From the NCBI GenBank assembly GCA_001179505.1, contig CDMY01000855.1, positions 1-15,173 on the forward strand: a stretch of DNA of 15,173 nt, in the 5' to 3' direction. The translations under genes were made by a program, and so were the position numbers. The stretch is from Vitrella brassicaformis CCMP3155 (Eukaryota > Protista > Chromerida). Of the stretch, positions 9,286 to 15,173 are shown piece after piece; position 1 is the first letter of the stretch, and each line of letters begins with the position of its first letter. The notes under the pieces are model-generated. The model ran no database searches. It had not been told where the DNA came from and was given only the letters and a program-made list of their open reading frames with translations.

Positions 9286-11157
9286 ATGCTCCCGGGATAA
9301 AGACCTCTTTTACCACGTCTAGCCACTTGCGTATCTGCATTTGATCCTCCTTGGTGGCCTCGTCTTTCTCCACCTTGTCAGGGAAGGCTCCCCATTCTCG
9401 GTACCGACTCAACAGATCCTTGAGCGTCTCACGAGCCCATCTGCACAAATGAACAGTGCAACCCATCCCTCCCCCCCCCCCCTGTCCTCATGTTGTATGT
9501 ATACCTCTTCGATCTCCATTCCTTCTGCCTCGTATATGTATAGGTGCGCCTTGGCCTTGTACAGTTTGTCCCACGCGTCCCCTATGCGTTCGAGCACCTC
9601 ATGGAAGGCCGTGCAGTTGGTGATGTACGTCACTGACTGATCGAACTGCTTGCCGGCGGGCGGCACCGTGCATATACACGAGCTGAGGCAGGTGGGGGTC
9701 CAGTCGGGGAAGTGCGCGTCGTACACGGTGGTGTGTGGCATCCTTTGCAGCACATCGTTGATTTCGGACGTGGCCAGGTACTCCGTCTTGCCGCGAAAGG
9801 TCGCAAACGATGGCAGGAACCGAGACGTGCGCCAATGCTCCTGAGGACACAAACAAGACGGCGCCTTCCTGATCCCCTATTGTGTGTGAGCTGCATTCAT
9901 TGCGTGCGATATGACCCCTGTGTCGAGCCTGAGAGTGTCGCACTTGACGACACAGTTCTCGGGCTGCAGCATCTGCTGTGTGAGTTCCAAGATGGAGTAC
10001 GTGCGATAGGGAGCCGTCTTCGTCAACGACAGGGGAGCCGTGCCTACGCCGACACGCACACGAAAAACCGGGAAGGATGTTGTATGTGAGATACGCATGC
10101 GCTTCCCCTCCGACATACACGTGATCAGAAAGTGTGTCTTTGGGAACGGCACCAGGTTGGTGTGCATTTTGCGGAGGTCTGCGTCGACGATACCTGGGAA
10201 CCTCAAGTTACACGTGATGCCGCTCATGACGCGGGCGACCAGGTCATCCATGTGCTGGAAGCGGGGCACGTTGATCTGCAGTATCTGCTGGCATATGCTG
10301 CTCAACGCATGGTTGTCAAACGGAAACACCTAATCGATCAAAATTCGTTCACATGCACAGGCAGACAAAGGGGTGTGCCGTGCCGCGTGTGTAGGTGTGT
10401 GTGCACCTGATCGCAGCACTCAACGAGACCTTTGAGCCCCAGTACGGCATTGTATGGCTCCACGAGTATGTCTGATGCGAGCTCGCTGGTGAAGAGGGTG
10501 AATGTTTGCAGGACAGGTCCCAGCAGCCCAGAGGTCTTGTTGAAGAAGTCTTGCATGGAGTTGAGCATGAGGGTGGTCAGCCCCGACCCCGTCCCGCCCG
10601 CAAGGGAGTGAGCGAGCTGCACACCCTGTAGACAATCGCATCCCTCTACCATCCGACGCACCTGAAATGTGATAAGCCAACGTGCGCGAGCGTTCCCTCT
10701 ATGCTATTTTTGCTCACTCCCTCCGTCATTGCGTCGCAGATGTCGAGCCCAGATGTGTGGTAGGCCCTGGCGTAGCAGTTGCCGCTGCCCTCGTCAGGTA
10801 AAAGATATTCTCTGGTCTGTAGAGCCTGCCAAGTTCTGTGGTCATCAGATTGTCAATGAACATCTTGTCAAGCTCCACAAGAATTTAGCGAGGCACATAT
10901 CTGGATGCAGATGGCATAAATCTATACGCACGTGCAAGTGGCTTGATCGCTCCGTGTCTGTCCTGCCTGCCGCTGGAGGATTCGTCGAAGAAGACGCCCA
11001 CTTGCTGCAGTCGATATATGTCCGCCTCGCTGCCGCAGAACTTGCCGTGGAGCGTCCCCATTGTCTTCTCGAAGTTCTGGTGGTGAATGTGATGCTCCTC
11101 CACCAAATCGCGCCAAAACTCTTGCGAAATGTTGTTGCCGGCACGACCAACTTGCAC
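9286..11157 (-). pseudogene. Highly divergent beta-like tubulin gene, disrupted; exons 11157-10967, 10900-10718, 10661-10407, 10329-10119, 10043-9916, 9840-9505, 9440-9286
   Basis: Tubulin motifs in colinear order: VQVGRAGNNISQEFW, YVPR*ILVELD, YRPEN, GSGNCYARA, VRRMVEGCDCLQG, HSLAGGTGSG (signature), VEPYNA, FDNHAL, MSGITCNLRFPG..DLRKM..NLVPFP, APL, FRG, DWTP, TNCTAF, LYKAKAHLYIYEAEGME, LKDLLSRY. Lesions: TAA at 10887-10885, 1-nt deletion at about 10798, and a phase conflict at the 9504/9441 intron. Confidence 0.92.
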
Positions 11158-11233
11158 CTACACGAGCACAGAAACCATGCCGTCTACGTTGCCTTTGTGC
11201 ACTCATAGGACGCCGCCTTCATGTATCACTCAC

Positions 11234-11980
11234 CATGTCACCGGCCACATGTATGTAGCCATCTATGTTCACCATGACATCAAGGAAACAAGGGGCTTCA
11301 GGAAAGTTTCCCAGCAACTCATCAAGGAGGGCCTCCCGTACCTCTATCGACCTCCTGCATGGATGGGGTCGAAGCACCAACCATCCAGACACATAACACA
11401 ACACACACACGGGTGTTGTCCATTCTATGTCTCCGTCCTTTTCCCTTGCCATTTGCATCTCATGGTGCCCATCCGGCTTCATCCTGGTAGAGACCGTGTA
11501 TTTATGTATACAGCAAGACGGTTGATGTTTGCTTGCCTGCTCTAGACCATTCTCTTATCAGATCGGCACACAGCTCACCAGTAGTCCTCGGCATACTTCT
11601 GTGAATCGCCGGCGATATGTTCTACGAAGGCCTCGGTTACCTTGACGCCTTTCCACTTGCCGTCAATGTTGGTCATTTTCACCTACACAACGACGTGAAC
11701 ACGCAGTATTCGGATGGATTAATTCCTATGTTAAGTGACCATCTTCGGTCGGGCCTTTCCATCGTGGTCACGCAAAATAAGAGAGTAGACAGCCTCACTT
11801 TCTCCTTTGAAGTAGCTCACAGTTCCCTTGGACCTGATTGGCTAGGAAAAACCGGAGAATGACTGACGTTGAAGAATCAGTGATATATACACATGAAAGC
11901 CTCACTCACGCGATATAGCTATATCCGGGGTGCATGTTTGGTTTCGGACTACCAGGATGGATTTCGGTGGACCACAAGTC
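11234..11980 (-). other. Putative upstream exons (11980-11910, 11833-11740, 11682-11579, 11483-11409, 11354-11234) splicing in frame into the tubulin domain
   Basis: Five stop-free exons total 465 nt (155 codons), joined by GT-AG introns of 76, 57, 95, 54 and 76 nt with matching phases. Strong donors GTGAGT at 11909 and 11233 and GTGAGC at 11578. Confidence 0.5.
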
Positions 11981-12179
11981 CTGCATACACGGACACGCGA
12001 GCAGGAATGTATGAACATATGTACATACCTGCATGCATATTCTTTCCGTGGCTTAGTATGTATCGAAGGTGAACGATCTATCTCTCTTCCGCCAAATAGT
12101 AAGGTGTTGTGTCTTGTGGAAGTCCGGCGATGTCTCGAATGTCTGCGATTACACGAATCGTAGACGCACACATCATCAA

Positions 12180-12227
12180 GACAAGACGGTTGCAGAGTCA
12201 CCTGACAAGACGGTGGCAGAGTCACCT
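12180..12227 (+). repeat. 24-bp tandem duplication
   Basis: GACAAGACGGT(T/G)GCAGAGTCACCT twice. Confidence 0.9.
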
Positions 12228-12448
12228 GCGGTGGTGAGCCGACGGTTGTACACCCGCACATCGTCATTTTTTGCACTATCCATTTGCTCCAAGTTGAACC
12301 CATTCCAAGGCCGACTAGGCGGCTCTTCGTCGGCGTGGCCACGCAAACGCCCATCTCTGGACACACATACATATGCATCGCGGGAGAGACAATAGGATAG
12401 GCATGAAGTCAGGCAGCCAGGCAATGTGAATATGATTGATTAGAACAC

Positions 12449-12790
12449 TTGTACTTAGAAAAAGGCCTACAAGTAGTATCGGAGGTATCCGTCTTCATCG
12501 GCGGAATTCACAAGCCAATGGCAAAAAAGGACTCAAGCACTCTCTCAGGTCTCCAGGACTCGGACAAGTGGGTACACGTTGCTTCGGGGGAGCCCCTGTT
12601 CTGGCTCAGTAAGAGGGAGAGACATCATGAGATGCGCCCTACAGGGCGGAAGAGAGCTTGAGGCGGCTAAGCGAAGACAGAAAAAAACTCCAAAGGGAGG
12701 GCAAATTGATGACGCAGAAATGGCAGAATGGAATCAGGAGAAACTCCCATGGGGGTTTGAAAACCCGTATTTTCTCGATCCTGCGCTGAG
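12449..12790 (+). other. Possible two-exon gene fragment of unknown function (end coordinate approximate)
   Basis: ...GLQDSDKW | 73-nt GT-AG intron 12572-12644, phase 0 | GGRELEAAKRRQKKTPKGGQIDDAEMAEWNQEKLPWGFENPYFLDP. No start, end or homology could be established. Confidence 0.3.
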
Positions 12791-13298
12791 TCGTCGACCA
12801 ACGACGGGGCCACAGCCACAATGCTGGCATTCACTCAGCGGGCCCTGTCGTTTAGGGTTTAGGCCCCCCCTTCTGCTTTTCAGAAGAAATCCAGCGTGCT
12901 CCCTCGGGATCGATGGAGATCCCTCATGCTTTCTTGCCATCGACTATTTTTGTTGTTTTCTTGTATCCCCGATGCCTGCTCAGGGGCCCAAAACATCAGC
13001 ATACGCAGAGCGATGCACTGGGTCGCTTCTCTTGTCCTTACACGTTCATCTGACACGGCTGCTCTTCGTTTCTGCCCTTGGCTGCATTCCCTTGACGCGC
13101 TCATGATGTCGAAGTTGCTGTGTGCTGCCACATACACACCGTGGTCAGAAGAATCAATCTCTGCCGAACAGGAGCTTTCACGCAAAGCGCCAAACGCAAG
13201 GGTCCATCGTGGGCATAGCCAGCCCGCCAAGCAACGCAAGCAAGTGCTGCCAACGTTCACCGAGAAAAAGCGGCACGAAATAACAGTCAAGGTCTGCT

Positions 13299-14191
13299 AG
13301 CATCGTCATGCCGTCGCCGGGTGTCTCAGCATCGCCCTCCCGCACGCAACCGTCACGCAGCGATGCATCTGCGGCGGGGAGGTTGACAAGTTTGGCGATA
13401 ACTTCTACGTGTGTCACACCGGCCGTGAGCGGGTCACGAGACACAATAATATGCGCAACTTGTTTGTTCGCATCCTGGCTGAGGCAGATGTTCCTTCCAA
13501 TATGGAGGTGCCTCTGCACAGCCTCGGCATCACCCCATCCGACGACAACCCCAACAGCCAGCGTATGGACATCTACTGCGTGATCGACGGCAGTGATTAC
13601 CTGCTCGACGTCACCATCGCCCATCCCTGCCGGCCTGATGACTCCCCCATCCCCTTCCACCGGACAGTCAACCGGCGCAGTGCGCGTGGCAAGATGGCTC
13701 AGCTTGCGGAGAAAGACAAGATCGACAAGTATGGACCAACCGCCCAAGCTGCCGGCTTCCGCTTTGTGCCTCTTGCGGCGGAGACATTCGGCAGGTGGGG
13801 AGAGAAGACCATGGATTTTCTCAAGATGCTCGCCAAGCGGAAGCACCGCCCTACGTCCATTCCCACGGAGGAGGACACAGCTTTCCGAGAGAGCATCATC
13901 AACCATTGGAGCCAGCTCCTGTCCGTCGAGCTGATGAAGCACAACGCGTTTCAAGTGGCGAGTCGTGCACAACGCGCGGCGGCCGCCAGAGGGCCACGGA
14001 GGGCCAGCGCGTTTCCCGAGGACTTCGTCAGCCGCGGGCCATATAGGCCACACACCCGCCCCGCTCCGGGCTGTGAGGTGGCTGGCTGGATCTGGATTTT
14101 GTGAATGTATGTATCATGATGCATGTCTCACGCTTGTTTGCAGTGTGCGGCATGCATTTGTTCGCAGTCAATGAGCGTTGTTCATTGGGTT
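13299..14191 (+). mobile_element. Non-LTR retrotransposon copy 3, truncated at both ends, same subfamily as copy 1
   Basis: Open frame from 13301 (HRHAVAGCL...). The knuckle His is replaced by Asn (GDNFYVC). There is a 9-nt in-frame deletion (RSARGK vs RSAQLPGGK) and a 1-nt deletion just before the normal stop. About 90% amino-acid identity to copy 1 over the last ~100 aa. The UTR match stops at TTCATTGGGTT (equivalent to 2596). Confidence 0.92.
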
Positions 14192-14314
14192 TGTATATCG
14201 TGTCGGCAGAAGGCGAGGCCTGCGGCATAGACCCGTCCCTGCGCGTGGGGTGCCTGGGCTCCTTGTGGCCCTCACAAAAATCCTCCCTCAGACGTGACGT
14301 CTCCCTCGATGCCA

Positions 14315-14863
14315 TCAGTTGTGGTTGGTATAGGACCGCGGCACGAAGGGCCTCTTGACCTCGTCCTCGTTTTTGCCGTCCAGGTCCGGGCGGGCGATCG
14401 GTGCGTTCGGTGCGTTTGGTGCACGTCGGGTGAGAGTGGGGACGGGTTGTCGTGCCGGTGGAGGGGGAGGAGGTGGGCGGAGAACGATTCGACCTCGAGG
14501 TTGCGGTGCCGGTGCGGGTGCCTCGTCCCCGCTCTCACTGGGAGACTCGAGGTCGATGACCTCCCGTGAGCGCTCTCTTCTCTCGATGCACTCGACGGAC
14601 GCGCGCGTCTAGCGGATCTGCTGTACGAAGGCCGCTACCACGCGAGGGTCGTCGAGGATGTGCGGGTAGCGAGGGAGTTCGCGGGTGCGGAGGCGGGGTG
14701 GGGTGGGCTCGGAAGCGTGCAGGGGGAGGACGAAGCGGGTGCGGTAGGGGTGCGCTCGGATGCGACGGATGAGGGCGCTAACAGCTCGTTGGCGCTGTGC
14801 TTCGTAAGCGCAAATGTCGTCGAGGTCGCTGGTCAGATCACTCAAGTGTCGGCGCGCGGCCAT
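14315..14863 (-). pseudogene. Single-exon ORF of about 182 codons, Pro/Arg-rich, with one internal TAG
   Basis: ATG at 14863 (CATC ATG G) follows a polypyrimidine-CAG acceptor. It reads MAARRHLSDL...VQQIR*TRASVECIERRERSREVIDLESPSESGDE...PPPPPPPA...SYTNHN to TGA 14317-14315, in one frame across TAG 14611-14609. Confidence 0.55.
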
Positions 14864-15173
14864 GATGAGAAGTGTGATCTGCGGGAAGGAACGTGGATGA
14901 GACGCAGGACATCAAGATTCAACGCAAGAGCCACGAAGCCGCAAGAAAACCGGTTGAAAAGCCACGAAAGGCGTAGATCTGGATAGCCCGGCGCTGCATG
15001 ATTGTCCACCTCTCAGCTTCGCCGTGAGGTGAGAAGGGGTGTTGGGTTTTCCTAGCAGGGTTTCTGCACGCTTAGCTAGCAGACCTGTCCCACTGTTTCG
15101 TACCTTCTCGGTGAGCGTTGGCAGCTCTCGTGCGTGTGTTGCTTGGCGGGCTGGCTATGCCCATGATGGACCC

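Noticed and set aside
9471-9482. C12 homopolymer (G run on the minus strand), possible G-quadruplex
   Set aside because: A single intronic run that is prone to sequencing error, with no supporting context.
12066-12083. Minus-strand R*IVHL resembling the beta-tubulin start MREIVHL
   Set aside because: It has no ATG, an internal TAG and no GT donor in the needed phase, and lies 900 nt from the tubulin exon. A post hoc six-codon match is probably chance.
12851-12863. TTTAGGGTTTAGG telomere-like repeat
   Set aside because: Fewer than two full units, so it cannot be called an interstitial telomere or a retroelement target.

Overview
Eukaryotic genomic DNA with short spliceosomal introns (mostly 37-125 nt, often (GT)n/(CA)n-rich). 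The style is compatible with a protist such as a chromerid alveolate, but the host cannot be established from this window. The region is mostly decayed elements and genes: (1) three copies of a non-LTR retrotransposon with RT, CCHC knuckle and restriction-like endonuclease (CRE/SLACS-type layout), two of them tail-to-tail and ending in a shared 26-bp hairpin motif with no poly(A); (2) a spliced multi-pass membrane-protein gene with a 7-nt microexon, ending in a 60-bp palindrome-rich minisatellite followed by a degenerate paralogous copy of its last exons; (3) a highly divergent beta-like tubulin gene on the minus strand with a stop and a frameshift, which appears to splice in frame to long N- and C-terminal extensions; (4) a Pro-rich ORF with a SIM-like motif and an internal TAG. 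The best candidates for novelty are the extended tubulin-domain gene and the retroelement 3' signal. All exon models are manual and need RNA-seq confirmation.
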